Assembly: GCF_009914755.1 (NCBI RefSeq)
Contig: NC_060936.1
Origin: the human T2T-CHM13v2.0 reference genome, Homo sapiens
Length of the DNA: 64,000 bases
Strand: one strand, 5' to 3'
Every line of letters starts with the position of its first letter. The stretch's first letter is position 1. The position numbers and the translations under genes are program-made. The notes under the pieces are model-generated. The model was not told the origin of the DNA, ran no database searches, and saw only the letters and a list, made by a program, of their open reading frames with translations. This document shows positions 1 through 17,079 of this stretch, piece by piece.

Positions 1-140
1 CCAGCTAATTTTTGTATTTTTTAGTAGAGATGGGGTTTCACTATATTTGCCAGGCTGGTCTTGACCTCCTGACTTTGTGATCCACCCGCCTCGGCCTCCC
101 AGAGTGCTGGGATTACAAGCATGAGTCACCGCACCTGGCC
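1..140 (-). mobile_element. Alu (AluS-type) left arm, cut by window edge
   Basis: Reverse complement of the Alu left monomer (ccagctaatttttgtatttt...gggattacaagcatgagtcaccgcacctggcc). Confidence 0.92.
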
Positions 141-1039
141 CAAGATTGTAATTTTTGAGAAAAAATAAAAAAAAATATGAGATGAGGTCTAGAAATGGTT
201 ATGATCACCCGCAGCTTTTCCTACAGGCACTGTCCTGCCACAGAGCAGGCTTATGGAACTTAAGTAGAGTAGCAGTCTCACTTTGCAGAGAAGGAGATTG
301 GAATTTTAGGCTATCTCAGTTCCTGAAATTTGCTGAGCAAGGTACCTGAAAGGCAAAAGCTTCACAGATGAAGGTGCCTAAAAGTCTATGGAGGAGTTTA
401 CTGCATGTTGTTGGCAAATGATTGAGATGCATGTGCACAAGACAAGTTGCCAAGAGTCCCAGCAGAGATTTCCTGATACATTGATGGGAGTTTGGGGGTT
501 TCAGCCCAGCCAACATAAAAAGACTTTGCTAAAAGACTTAGATGTTCAGTTGAGACTCCATACCCTAGAGTAAGGAGCATGTGCCAGGACTAAGCTTAAA
601 ATTGGAATAAATCTGCCATAACAAAAAATAAAATCAAACCTAATAGACCAAAAGTTTCTGCCAATAATTTAATTGCCTTTCAGAAGAAATTCAACATCCC
701 TTAAAGAAAGATCACATAATCCAGACTCTCCACTACATATCATTCACAATGATAAAACAATTACTAGACATGCAAAGAAACACGAAATAGTGGCCCACAG
801 TCAAAAGAAATATCAGTCATTATAAACAAATCCTATGATGATCTAGATATTTGAATTAGTAGACAAGGCCTTTAAAATAGCTATTATCAATGTGTTTAAG
901 GACTAAATGTAAAGTGTGATTATAATTAATGAACAGAAAGGAAATCTCAGCAGAGAATTAGGAACTATGAAAAGTTAATCAAAAGAAAATTCTAGAACTG
1001 AAAACATGATAATTGAAATTTAAAAGAAAAAAATTACTG

Positions 1040-1650
1040 GGCTGAGCAGTCCCTCTTCTGAGTAGATAAAGAAACTGAAATCACTACCTTATAAAGATAT
1101 CTGCACTCTCAAGTTAATTTGCAGCATTATTTCCTATAGCCAAGATATGGAAACAACCAAAGTGTCCATCAATGGATGAATGGATAAAGAAATTGTGATA
1201 CACTCACACGCACACCAACATGCACCATACACAGAAAAACAAACTGTATGATTTTACTTATATGTGGAATCTTTTTAAAAAAGTACAATAAGTGGAAATA
1301 GGAAATAAAATTGTTGTTACCGGGGGTGAGAGAGTGAGACAGAGAAAATGGGGAGATGTAGGTCAAAGAATACAAAGTAGCAGATATGTAGCATGAACAA
1401 GTCTAGAGATCTGATGTACATCATGAGGACTACAGTTAATGAAATTTTATTGTATTTGTGATTTTTGCTAAGAGAGTAGATTTTAGGTGCTCTTGCCACC
1501 AAAAAGGGGTAACTAAGGGTAACTATAGGAGATGATGGATATGTTCATTTGCTTGACTCTTACAACCATTTCACCATATATATCAAAACATGTTGTACAA
1601 CTAAAATATATACAATAAAAGAAGTAAAAAAAGAAAGTAAAAAAAAAAAT
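1040..1650 (+). mobile_element. L1MA-type 3' end fragment nested in the older L1
   Basis: gatatctgcactc...gcagcattatt...caagatatggaaacaaccaaagtgtccatcaatggatgaatggataaag...gtctagagatctgatgtac, ending in aataaaa plus an A-rich tail. The host L1 resumes at ggcttaacagc. Confidence 0.75.
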
Positions 1651-2544
1651 CCCTAGGTAGGCTTAACAGCACATTTAAAATGGCAGTAAGGGACAGTGAA
1701 TTTGAAGGTATATTGTTAGAAATTATCTAATCTGAAGAACAGAGAGAAAAAAGACTGAAAAAAAAATAGCGCCTCATTGACATGACAGAAATTTCCTAAT
1801 GACTAAAAGATCAATTTCAATTCATCAGGAAGACAGAGCAATTGTAGATGCATATGTTCCTAATAGCGTGTCCAACTATGTGAAGCATGAATTTATAGAA
1901 CAAAAGGGAAAACAGACAAATTCACAATCATAGTTGAAAATTTCAATATCCTACTCTCAATAATTGATAGTAAAAGTAGACAAGAAAATAGTAAAGAATA
2001 TCTGAACAACACTATCAACTACCTTAACCTGCTTGACATTTATTTAATACAATACTCAACAACATAAAATAAATCTCAGTACATTTCAACAAACTAAAAT
2101 CTTTGAGCAACAGTGGAATTAAATTAAATGTCAACAATAGCTTGGTATAAGAGAAGTCCCAAAACTTGTAAATTAAACAATCTACTTGTAAATAACTTAT
2201 AGGTCAAAGAAGAAATTACAGGGAAAATGAGAAATACTAAAACTGAGCAATCATGAAAACACAACATATCAAAATTTGTGGTATGGAACTAAAGCAGTAT
2301 GTAAAGAAACATTTATAATTTTAAATGCTTATTTTTTTTATTATACTTTAAGTTTTAGGGTACATGTGCACATTGTGCAGGTTAGTTACATATGTATACA
2401 TGTGCCATGCTGGTGCGCTGCACCCACTAACTCGTCATCTAGCATTAGGTATATCTCCCAGTGCTATACCTCCCCCCTCCCACCACCCCACAACAGTCCC
2501 CAGAGTGTGATGTTCCCCTTCCTGTGTCCATGTGATCTCATTGT

Positions 2545-6397
<3,853 letters not shown>

Positions 6398-6433
6398 TTA
6401 GTTGATGCAGTTTCTTCCTAGTCTCAATGGTCT

Positions 6434-7450
6434 TTACATTTTGGCATGATTTTGCAGCGGCTGGTACTGGTTGTTCCTTTCCATGTTTAGTGCTTCCTTC
6501 AGGAGCTCTTTTAGGGCAGGCCTGGTGGTGACAAAATCTCTCAGCATTTGCTTGTCTGTAAAGTATTTTATTTCTCCTTCGCTTATGAAGCTTAGTTTGG
6601 CTGGATATGAGATTCTGGGTTGAAAATTCTTTTCTTTAAGAATGTTGAATATTGGCCCCCACTCTCTTCTGGCTTGTAGCGTTTCTGCCGAGAGATCCGC
6701 TGTTAGTCTGATGGGCTTCCCTTTGTGGGTAACCTGACCTTTCTCTCTGGCTGCCCTTAACATTTTTTCCTTCATTTCAACTTTGGTGAATCTGACAATT
6801 ATGTGTCTTGGAGTTGCTCTTCTCGAGGAGTAACTTTGTGGCGTTCTCTGTATTTCCTGAATCTGAACGTTGGCCTGCCTTGCTAGATTGGGGAAATTCT
6901 CCTGGATAATATCCTGCAGAGTGTTTTCCAACTTGGTTCCATTCTCCCCATCACTTTCAGGTACACCAATCAGACGTAGATTTGGTCTTTTCACATAGTC
7001 CCATATTTCTTGGAGGCTTTGCTCATTTCTTTTTATTCTTTTTTCTCTAAACTTCCCTTCTCGCTTCATTTCATTCATTTCATCTTCCATTGCTGATACC
7101 CTTTCTTCCAGTTGATCGCATCGGCTCCTGAGGCTTCTGCATTCCTCACGTAGTTCTCGAGCCTTGGTTTTCAGCCCCATCAGCTCCTTTAAGCACTTCT
7201 CTGTATTGGTTATTCTAGTTATACATTCTTCTAAATTTTTTTCAAAGTTTTCAACTTCTTTGCCTTTGGTTTGAATGTCCTCCCGTAGCGCAGAGTAATT
7301 TGATCGTCTGAAGGCTTCTTCTCTCAGCTCGTCAAAGTCATTCTCCATCCAGCTTTGTTCCGTTGCTGGTGAGGAACTGCGTTCCTTTGGAGGAGGAGAG
7401 GTGCTCTGCGTTTTAGAGTTTCCAGTTTTTCTGTTCTGTTTTTTCCCCAT
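6434..7450 (-). CDS. L1 ORF1p, intact 338 aa
   Basis: MGKKQNRK...NHAKM at full length. REKG, ARR and YPAKLS motifs are present, as are the S18/S27/T203/T213 proline-directed sites. Confidence 0.95.
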   Translation of the reverse strand: MGKKQNRKTGNSKTQSTSPPPKERSSSPATEQSWMENDFDELREEAFRRSNYSALREDIQTKGKEVENFEKNLEECITRITNTEKCLKELMGLKTKARELREECRSLRSRCDQLEERVSAMEDEMNEMKREGKFREKRIKRNEQSLQEIWDYVKRPNLRLIGVPESDGENGTKLENTLQDIIQENFPNLARQANVQIQEIQRTPQSYSSRRATPRHIIVRFTKVEMKEKMLRAAREKGQVTHKGKPIRLTADLSAETLQARREWGPIFNILKEKNFQPRISYPAKLSFISEGEIKYFTDKQMLRDFVTTRPALKELLKEALNMERNNQYQPLQNHAKM

Positions 7451-8347
7451 CTTTGTGGTTTTATCTACTTTTGGTCTTTGATGATGGTGATGTACAGATG
7501 GGTTTTGGTGTGGATGTCCTTTCTGTTTGTTAGTTTTCCTTCTAACAGACAGGACCCTCAGCTGCAGGTCTGTTGGAATACCCTGCCGTGTGAGGTGTCA
7601 GTGTTCTCCTGCTGGGGGGTGCCTCCCAGTTAGGCTGCTCGGGGGTCAGAGACCCACTTGAGGAGGCAGTCTGCCCGTTCTCAGATCTCCAGCTGCGTGC
7701 TGGGAGAACCACTGCTCTCTTCAAAGCTGTCAGACAGGGACATTTAAGTCTGCAGAGGTTACTGCTGTCTTTTTGTTTGTCTGTGCCCTGCCCCCAGAGG
7801 TGGAGCCTACAGAGGCAGGCAGGCCTCCTTGAGCTGTGGTGGGCTCCACCCAGTTGGAGCTTCCTGGCTGCTTTGTTTACCTAAGCAAGCCTGGGCAATG
7901 GCGGGCGCCCCTCCCCCAGCCTCGCTGCCAACTTGCAGTTTGATCTCAGACTGCTGTGCTAGCAATCAGCGAGACTCCGTGGGCGTAGGACCCTCAGAGC
8001 CAGGTGCGGGATATAATCTCGTGGTGTGCCGTTTTTTGAAGCTGGTCGGAAAAGCGCGGTATTTGGGTGGGAGTGACCCGATTTTCCAGGTGCGTCTGTC
8101 ACCCCTTTCTTTGACTCGGAAAGGGAACTCCCTGACCCCTTGTGCTTTCCAAGTGAGGCAATGCCTCGCCCTGCTTTGGCTCACGCACGGTGCGCGCACC
8201 CACTGACCTGCGCCCACTGTCTGCCACTCCCAAGTGAGATGAACCTGGTACCTCAGATGGAAATGCAGAAATCACCCGTCTTCTGCGTCGCTCACGCTGG
8301 GAGCTGTAGACAGGAGCTGTTCCTATTCGGCCATCTTGGCTCCTCTC
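7451..8347 (-). promoter_or_regulatory. L1 5'UTR: CpG-rich internal sense promoter and antisense promoter; intact YY1 site at 8329-8338
   Basis: ggccatcttg is the reverse complement of caagatggcc. CpG-rich stretch 7900-8330. Function is inferred from L1PA biology. Confidence 0.8.
7898..8206 (+). CDS. L1 ORF0 (antisense ORF), frameshifted and extended to 102 aa
   Basis: MAGAPPPASLPTCSLISDCCASNQRDSVGVGPSEPGAGYNLVVCRFL matches the ORF0 N-terminus. A +1 insertion at ~8038 changes the C-terminus. Confidence 0.7.
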   Translation: MAGAPPPASLPTCSLISDCCASNQRDSVGVGPSEPGAGYNLVVCRFLKLVGKARYLGGSDPIFQVRLSPLSLTRKGNSLTPCAFQVRQCLALLWLTHGARTH

Positions 8348-9815
8348 TTAAATGCTTATTTTGAAAAATAATAGTGCTTTGAAAGCAATTTTAATTTCCT
8401 AAGTTTTTACCATTTAAAAAAGTGAGCAAGATAAGAAGATAATAAGAAAAGCAGAAATCAGTTGAAGGATCACATTTTTTTTTTGAAAATATTGATGTAA
8501 TTGATAAATATCAGCAAGATAGATCAAGAAAGAGAAAAAACACACATACATTATTAATATTAATCATAGAAGAGGATAATTTCAGTATAGGTCCTAAAGA
8601 TGTGGAAGAAAATATAGGAATATTAGGAGCAATGTTAAGACAAATCATTTTGACAGTGTAGATGAAATAGACAAATTTCTTGAAAAACACAACATACCAA
8701 AAATGACACAAGATGAAATAGAAAATTCCAATTAACACTATATCCATGGAAGAAACTCAATGTGTTATCTAAAATTTTCTATGAAGAAAACTTTAGACCC
8801 AGATGGTTTCACTAAATGAATAAATAATACAGTGGTTACACTAAGTTTTTATTTGATGAGGCCAGCATAATCTTTATAACAAAACCTGAAAAAGATATTA
8901 TCGGAAAGGAAAATAACCACTATTCAAGAACATAAATGCAAAAATTCTTGCAAAACATAGTAAATAGGATCAAGCAATGTGTACAGGAGACAATATGTTA
9001 AGACCAAAGGGGGCTTATTTCAGCAATGCAAGGTTTAACATAGAGAAAGCAATGGATGTACTTCACCATATTAACAGAATAAATGACAAAACCATATAAT
9101 TATTTCAATGTTTGTTGAAAAAGATATTTGATAAAAATAAATATTCGCTTGTAATAAAATATCCAGCAAACTAGAAACAGAACTTCCTCAAACTGTAAAA
9201 GAGCATCTATGTGGAATCCACAGCTAACATATTTAATTGCTAAAGACTAGATGCTTTTCACCTTCGATGAATAACAATGCAAGGATTACTGCTATCATCA
9301 TTTATATTCAGCATGAAACTGGAAGTCATAGCTAGTCCTATAAGTCAAGAGAAAGAAATAGTATAAATGTTGAAAAGAAAGAAGTAAAATTGTCCCTCTT
9401 TGCAGAAGACACAATTGTCTACTTAGAAAATCCTCAAGAGTTTACAGAGCAATTACTAGAAATATTAAGTACATTTCCCAAGACTGCAAAGCACAAAGTC
9501 AATATTCGAAATTCAATTATAGTTCTTAAATACTAACAGCAAATAATAAGAACACAAGCTTTTTAAAAACTCCATTTACCGTATTGTTGAAAACACTAAT
9601 ACTTAGGAAAAAATAAAACAAAAAATGTGCGTGACCTCTACAATAAAATATAATAAAAATTCTAATATAAATTTAAGATAATCCAAATAGAGAGCTATAC
9701 CATGTCCATTAATTGCAACACTTAATAGTAGTAAGTTGTCTATTCTCCCCCAAATTAAACTGTAGATTGACTGCAATGCCAGTATGCTTTATAACAAAAA
9801 TGGACAAGATATTTA

Positions 9816-10202
<387 letters not shown>

Positions 10203-11599
10203 CTACATTAATTAAGATAGTATGGGACTGGTACAAGGATGTTAAAATAGATTTATAAAATAGAATAGAGAGTCCAGAAAAAGATCCAATTCATTTTTGG
10301 CAAAGGTGCTAAAGAAAAAAGTGGGAAAGAAAAGTCATTTCAACCAATGAAAAACTGAAAAATGTATGGAAAATAATTAATTTTGATTTCTATCTCATAA
10401 TACACAAATGCTAATTTGAGATGTCTCATAGAACTAAATGTTAGAGATAAAATTAAAAAGCTTCTGGAAGAAAACATAGAAGAATATTTTTGAAACTTGG
10501 CAATGAGCAAAGATTTCTTAGACAAGACACATAAAGCAATCATCATAAAGAAAAAAACTGAAAATTATACTTAATTAAAATCTACTCAGCAAAAGTCTCT
10601 ATTAAAAAACAAGATTAGTCAAGCCACAAAAATATTCATAAAACATATATCTGACAAAGACCTGTATTCAGAATATATAATGAGCTCCTAGAACTCATTA
10701 ATGAAAAGATAAACTCTCCTATTTAAAAATTGGCAAAGGCTTGGACAGACACTTCACAAAGGAAGATATACAAATAGCCAATATACACATGAAAAAGTAC
10801 TCAGCATCTTTAATCATTGAGGAAATGCAAACTACAAGCTAAATGAGATTCCACTATTTACTCCTAGAATGGCTGAAATGGAAAATACTAACGACATAAA
10901 ATATTGGTTAGAATATAGAGCACGCAGAATTCTCATACATTGTTAGGGGGTGTGAAAAATGGTACAACTACTTTGGAAGAAATTTTGTCAATTTCTGATA
11001 AAGTTAAACCTACACTTCCCCTGTGACCTAGAATTCTACTCCTAGGCATTAAGCCAAAAGAAATGAAAAACATATGTCCATGAAACTACTTGTTCAAATG
11101 ATTCATAACAGCTTTATTCCTAATATCTTCAAGCCAGAAATAACCCAAATTTCAAACAAAAGGTGAATGGACAAAATTGTTGTGGTATATTTTTTCTACA
11201 ACATTAAATGTAATGGAATACTACTAATCTATACATATGAATAAATGACAGATAAATATAACAATATGATGTATCTCAAGGACATTAGTTCTAGATAAAT
11301 AAGCCAGACACAAAAGCATATATGCTATGATTTCATTAATATGAAATTCTAGAACAAACAAAACTAACTATGATAGAAAAAGTAAGAAAAATAGTTGCCT
11401 CTGGGGTGGGTTAAATTGACTGGGTAGAGGATGAAGGAAATTTCTAGGTGATGGAAATATTCTTTACCTTGATAGTGAGGTGTGTTATATGTCTGCATGC
11501 AGTTGTCAAACTTATCTTATTGAACACTTAAAATGTATGCATTTTCCAAAGGCAAATTTTACAAAAAAAAAAAATGAACTGTAAAAATTAACTATTCCT

Positions 11600-11903
11600 G
11601 CTGGATGTGGTGGCTCACGCCTGTAATCCCAGCACTTTGGGAGGCCGAGGTGGACGGGTCATGAAGTCAAGAGATCAGGACCATCCTGGCCAACAAGGTG
11701 AAAACCCGTCTCTACTAAAAATAGAAAAATTAGCTGGGCGTGGTGGCAGGTGCCTGTAATCCCAACTACTCCAGAGGCTGAGGCAGGAGAATTGCTTGAA
11801 TCTGGGAGGCAGTTTGCAGTGAGCCGAGATCGCGCCATGGCACTCCAGCCTGGCAACAGAGCGAGACTCTGTCAAAAAAAAAAAAAAAAAAAAAAAAAGA
11901 AAG
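11600..11903 (+). mobile_element. AluSc
   Basis: gtcaagagatc...accatcctggccaac; long A tail; TSD aactattcct(g) at ~11590 and ~11904. Confidence 0.9.
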
Positions 11904-11925
11904 AACTATTCCTGATACATATGCT

Positions 11926-12230
11926 TAATAATAGATTCTTTTAATAATAATAGATTCTTTTATCTATTTATCTATTTTATCTATTTATCTATTTATCTAT
12001 TTATCTATTTTATCTATCTTTTATTTATTTATCTCTAATAATAATAGATTCTTTTATCAAGATAAATGGGATATTCCTTAGACCATACACTTTATAAATA
12101 AATAGTTCTCCTTTTAGATAGATAGATTATAAAGTGGTTGATTGATTGGTAGGTATATTTTAATAGGTACGTAAGTAGGTAGGTAAATAGATATGGATGG
12201 ATGGATGGATAGATAGATAGATGATAGAGC
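11926..12230. repeat. Low-complexity block: repeated taataatagattctttt, (TATCTATT)n, then GATA/TAGG/GGAT tetranucleotide repeats
   Basis: Directly visible. Confidence 0.85.
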
Positions 12231-12419
12231 TGCGGATCTAATCACAATAAGATATAAGCTTTGCATAACTTTTCTATTACTGATAGCATCTGTGTCTCTA
12301 TTCATTTACACTCTCTTGACATTTCCCCCTTTCCCCATTCAGCAGTTAGCAAAGATACATATTTGTAAAATAGTTCAATAAACTTAAAGGAATGTTTTTG
12401 TGACAGTGAACTGGGAATC

Positions 12420-12570
12420 AGAATAGCGCAGTGGAACGAGTTCAGTTTTTTAGATCATATAGACCTGGTTTCACATCTTGGCTCTTCAATTCATTAGTTG
12501 GGTGACCTTGTGCAAGTAACTCAACCTCTCTGAGAATCTGTTTCTTTGGCCATAAACTGGAACGATGTGT
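12420..12570 (+). mobile_element. MIR
   Basis: gggtgaccttgtgcaagtaactcaacctctctgagaatctgtttc, the MIR core. Confidence 0.75.
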
Positions 12571-12579
12571 GCTCTAAGG

Positions 12580-13060
12580 GGTTCATTTACTCCTCTATTC
12601 GACAAGAAAGATTGAATTCCTATTGTGTGCCAGAAACTGGCTGTACATTTTGAAAAGGACACTTGTATCCAGAACAAACACAAACTTCTTTAACTCAACA
12701 ATAAAAAGACAAACTACCCTACTTGACAGGCAAAGACTTGAGCAGACACTTCAGGGTGTTGAGTGGATAAGAGGAACCCCAGAGTAAATGCTGGAAAACT
12801 AGTTAATAGGCACTTTCTGTAGGTTGAGGTGGAGATGATCTCGGTCTGAAATAGGAGGATGGCAGTGAAACGAGAGATGTGGACGAACTCTAGATATACT
12901 GAACAGGTAAAATTCACAGAACGTGTGAATTGAATATAAGGGTTTTGAGTGGGGAGGCAACAAGGCCGTTTCTTGCCTGCCTAACTGGACAGATGGTGAT
13001 GCCGTTTTCTGAGAGAAGAAATGCTAGTAGAGAATCAGATTTAGAATTTTTGAGATAAAT
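12580..13060 (-). mobile_element. L2 fragments, with a short L1M piece at ~12655-12752
   Basis: L2-like gaattcctattgtgtgccag and ctggacagatggtgatgccgtt. L1 ORF2-like aactcaacaataaaaagacaaac...ggcaaagacttgagcagacacttca. Confidence 0.55.
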
Positions 13061-15384
13061 GTAGAAAGAGCATATCATGATGACTGGCCCAGAGTAAGCA
13101 CTCAATAAATGAAAGCAACTATGGCATGGAACAAACCTAATTATGTCATGCACATCAAACCTGTACACTTGATTTTAGTCACTATTTGGGAACAAAGTTT
13201 TTTTTTTTAAGTAAACATTTGTCAAGCACAAAAATATGTAACCAAAGGCATGTGCACAAACTTTGTTTGGATTTTGTTTAGATATTGCTGTTCTAGAAGT
13301 TAATTACTCTAATTATAATGTTTCTATTTTGAGAATACTATGAGACCACTGAGTTTCTCCTGCCTCTCATCTCTGCACATGTAAAGATATCAGAAGTTCA
13401 GAAAAATGTGTAGTAATTTGGCTGACCAAATAAAACATTTTTATTAAAGAATTTAATGAATTGGTCAAAAAAGTCCTATCTTACACTGCAGAAAAAAAAG
13501 AGATGTAAAACAATAGATATAGCACTTGATATTTCTGTGCAAAGAGTTGCTTTAAAAGCATTATATAATGCTTTTATATAATGTATGCATAGTAATACTA
13601 CCTAACTTAGAAATGAATTTTCATGCTGTCTTGTAATCAGGTTACATATTAAAGAAACTTGTACAGCTAACAAAACCAGGCTTTGAAAGAGATGACTAAA
13701 TCACCCTTATTTTGTATTTCGTGCTTTCAAATCTGAATTGAGATATTTCATTACTCTTAAACCATGGTGAAATCATGGAAGGCATCATAACAAGAGCTTA
13801 AACTCTGGGGAGGCTATTAACAATTTTGCGTTTACACTTCCTACATGATTGTGGAAATGTGGGTTCTAATTCCCCATGAGGCTTTTATTGCTGTGTTTGG
13901 TAAAACTGCTGCTATATCAACAGAAAGGATGAAGCATTACAGTGGGGCCCCTTACAGATCTTGCTTTAGAAAGTTAAACGTCGATGTCAAAATGCTAAAG
14001 GCATACCTTAAGTTAGATGAAAATTAGCTTCCTGTAGAGAAAGAGGACATTCTACAACAAATATATAAATAATGATCATACAAAATATATGGACAATAAT
14101 TCTATTGTAATTGAAGCATAAGAAGATACAGGTTTTATAAATGGAGAAATCAGATTTGGTCAGGGAAACAAAAGCAAGTGATATTGCAGTGTGAGTGCGA
14201 CTTTGGTAGAAGTAGATGGTGAAAGAAGATATTTTATTATAAAGAAGAGCCACGAGCAGGGGCGCAGAGATTGCCTAGACCAGAGGTTCATTTAAGTAGG
14301 GGTAAAGGTAGTGGAAAGAAGAAAACTGTTGCTGAGAAGTGAAGAAGGTAGAATCATAGGCTTCGGCAATTACTGTGTGGGTTGTTGTGTGTGGAGAGAA
14401 CAGAAGGTGAATCGTGATGCTAGAGCATCACCATTGAAGTCATAAAGAAATGATGAATGACTGGAGTCTAATTTCAGAAAATTACATACGTTGGAGTCTT
14501 ATAGCTCAGTTTATTAGCATGGCATGGGAATTAGTTTCAGGTTATGTTTAGGAGACGCTTTGGTGCCTAATATTGAATTAGGGATTGACTCTTGAAAGTT
14601 TTGAATTACATAAGAGGTGTTTGAGGTAGAGACAAAAATACTAGAATGCTACTTTACAAGTAAGCCACAAAGGCATTTTAGAGTTTTCTGAGCCATAAGA
14701 ACATAAACAAAACATTAGAACAACTTATTAGCTTAATTAAATGCAGCCAAGTTGGGTATAGATCACATTTTAGGACAAATTTTAGGTTCCTGGAGTCAGG
14801 GATGAGCTTCTTTTAACATATGCTCTGGCTTAAGTCAGCACTGTCCATAGGGTAAGGCAGGATGGAAAATTTTATTTTTGTAAGCTATTAAATGGTGAAT
14901 AGGAGATTGAACTTAATACAGGGCAGTATCATTACGAGAAACCATTAAATCAGGGTGGGAAAGATAATTCTACTGTTTTTCCAACAGCATAGCAATTGAA
15001 AATAGGAGGGAAGGTTTTAGCTTGAACATTCTCTCATAAGTCCCTGTGGGTTATGAACTGACTAGTAGGGATGTTGCCCAAAACTGTGGCAGCTGGTGAG
15101 TAATTTGTAGCCTGTAGCCACCTCATTCTAAGTATGTTTACAGCAAGTCTGTGGCTTAACTGTTTGAGTAAGAGTCATTCTCACTGGACCTATTATCACC
15201 AGGCCACTCCGTATTTATGGCATGTGGCCAAGTGATGCAGATGTCTGGAGACGTATTAGGTTGAAGATATGCTAAGTTAGGCATTAAGATTCTTAGAGTA
15301 TAATAAGGAGGGAATTTCTGGATATAAGGAATTTTTCTTAGGGATCTGAGTAGATAATAAATATTTATCATCTTCATTGTTCCT

Positions 15385-15938
15385 TGTATCAGGGTTCTCT
15401 AAGGGGGCAAAAGTAATAGGATAGATATATATGTGAAGAGGAGTTTATTAGGAGAATATATGTGCACCATGATCACAAGGTGAAGTCCCATGATAGGCCA
15501 TCTGCAAGCTGAGGAGCAAGGAAACCAGTCTGAGTCCCAAAACCTCAAAAGTAGGGGGAAGCTGACAGTACAGCCTTCAGTCTGTGGCCGAAGGCTTCAG
15601 AGCCCCTTGCACAGCACTGGTGTAAGTCCAAGAGTCCAAAAGCTGAGGAACTTGGAGTCTGATGTTCCAGGACAGGAAGCATCCAGTAGGGGAGAAAGAT
15701 GGAGGCCAGAAGACTCAGCAAGTCTGCTTTTCCGCCGTTTCCTGCCTGCTTTATTCTAGCTGCACTCCCAGCTGATCAGATAGATGGTGCCCACCCAGAC
15801 TGACAGTGGATCTGCCTCTCCCAGTCCACTGACTCAAATGTTAATCTCCTTTGGAAACACCCTCACAGGTACACAACCAGGAACAATACTTTGCATCCTT
15901 CAATCCAATAATGTTGACACTCAATATTAATCATCATA
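15385..15938 (-). mobile_element. MLT2A2-like solo LTR (ERVL/HERV-L)
   Basis: Reverse complement begins tatgatgattaatattgagtgtcaac...ttggattgaaggatgcaaagtattg and ends ...agagaaccctgataca. 5-bp TSD ttcct/tttct. Confidence 0.85.
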
Positions 15939-16109
15939 TTTCTTTACTGTAATTGAAGACTGTGGTATGGAGAGCATCTGAGAAGGGTTGTGTGTAGAAG
16001 AGAAACTTCTTACAGTTGTGCTAGGAAACCCTGAAGTTCCCGTATGGACATTCTAAGGAATCAGGAAACCACAACCTCCTGACACAATTAGCGAGTTATT
16101 CTTCCGTCT

Positions 16110-16195
16110 CCAGAGCTGACCTAACAACAATGACTTGGGTGAGTCAATTCCTTTACCTGGGCTTCCTTGTCTTTACTTATAAAATGAAATGGAAC
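16110..16195 (+). mobile_element. MIR fragment
   Basis: tgacttgggtgagtcaattcctttacctgggcttccttgtctttacttataaaatg. Confidence 0.55.
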
Positions 16196-16239
16196 AACTC
16201 CCATTTAGAATGCTAGCTCTTCAACTCACATACTAATAG

Positions 16240-17015
16240 GCTCAAGATTTGCACAAAGTTCCACAATTCTTCACACCTTCCTATATCCGTGCCCTTTGCA
16301 TGATGACTTTATAGCTCCTCCATCAAGGGGTTGAGTCTGTTTCCCCATTACTTGAATTTGGGTTGATCTTATGACTTACTCATACCTCGGTCCACAGAAC
16401 AGGATAGAAGTGAAAATGTGCCAATTCTGAGTCTAGCCCTCAAAAGGTCTGTGTGCTTTTACTCATTCTCTTGGAACTCTGCCACCACTATGTGAATAAG
16501 CCTGGGCTAGCCTGATGAATGATAAGAGACATGTGGCCCAGTCACCCCTATAGCTCCAGCTGGCAGCCAGCAAAACACCAGATGTAAGTGAGGCCATCAT
16601 AGACCAGCCAGCCCCCTGTTAACCTGCCAGCTAATGGCAGATGCATGAATGAACCAAGCTGAGATCAGTTAACACTGGCTCAAATCAGCAGAACCACCCA
16701 TCTGACCTATAGAATTGTGAGCAATAATATGCTTATTTTTTTAAAGAGAGGTTGACAAACTATGAGCCCATAAGCCAGCTGCCAGTTTTTGTAAATAAAG
16801 TTTTATTGGAACACAGCCATACCCATTTGTCTATGTATTGTCTATGGCTGCTTTCACCCTACAATGGCAGAGTTGATTAGTTGGGACAGAGACTTTATGG
16901 TCCACAGAGTCTAAAATATTTACTATCTGTCCCTTTAAGAAAAAGTTTGATAACTTACTTTTTAAAATCACTAAGTTTTGTGGTGATTTGTTACACAGTA
17001 ATATTTAACTAGTAC
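16240..17015 (+). mobile_element. MLT1 (G/H-like) MaLR solo LTR, interrupted by MER58A
   Basis: ccatcaagggg...ctctgccaccactatgtgaataagcctgggctagcctg...; resumes after MER58A with cactaagttttgtggtgatttgttacacag...taca. Confidence 0.75.
16746..16958 (+). mobile_element. MER58A (hAT-Charlie)
   Basis: tttttgtaaataaagttttattggaacacagccatacccatttg...aaaatatttactatctgtccctttaagaaaaagtttg; 8-bp TSD tttttaaa at 16738-16745 and 16959-16966. Confidence 0.88.
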
Positions 17016-17079
17016 ATCATCACATTAAGAAATTGATAAGTCATTTTGATTGTTTATTCTTGCAATCATTTTCATTTTC

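Noticed and set aside
14700-15350. Possible CR1/L3 remnant
   Set aside because: Resemblance is too weak to support without an HMM search.
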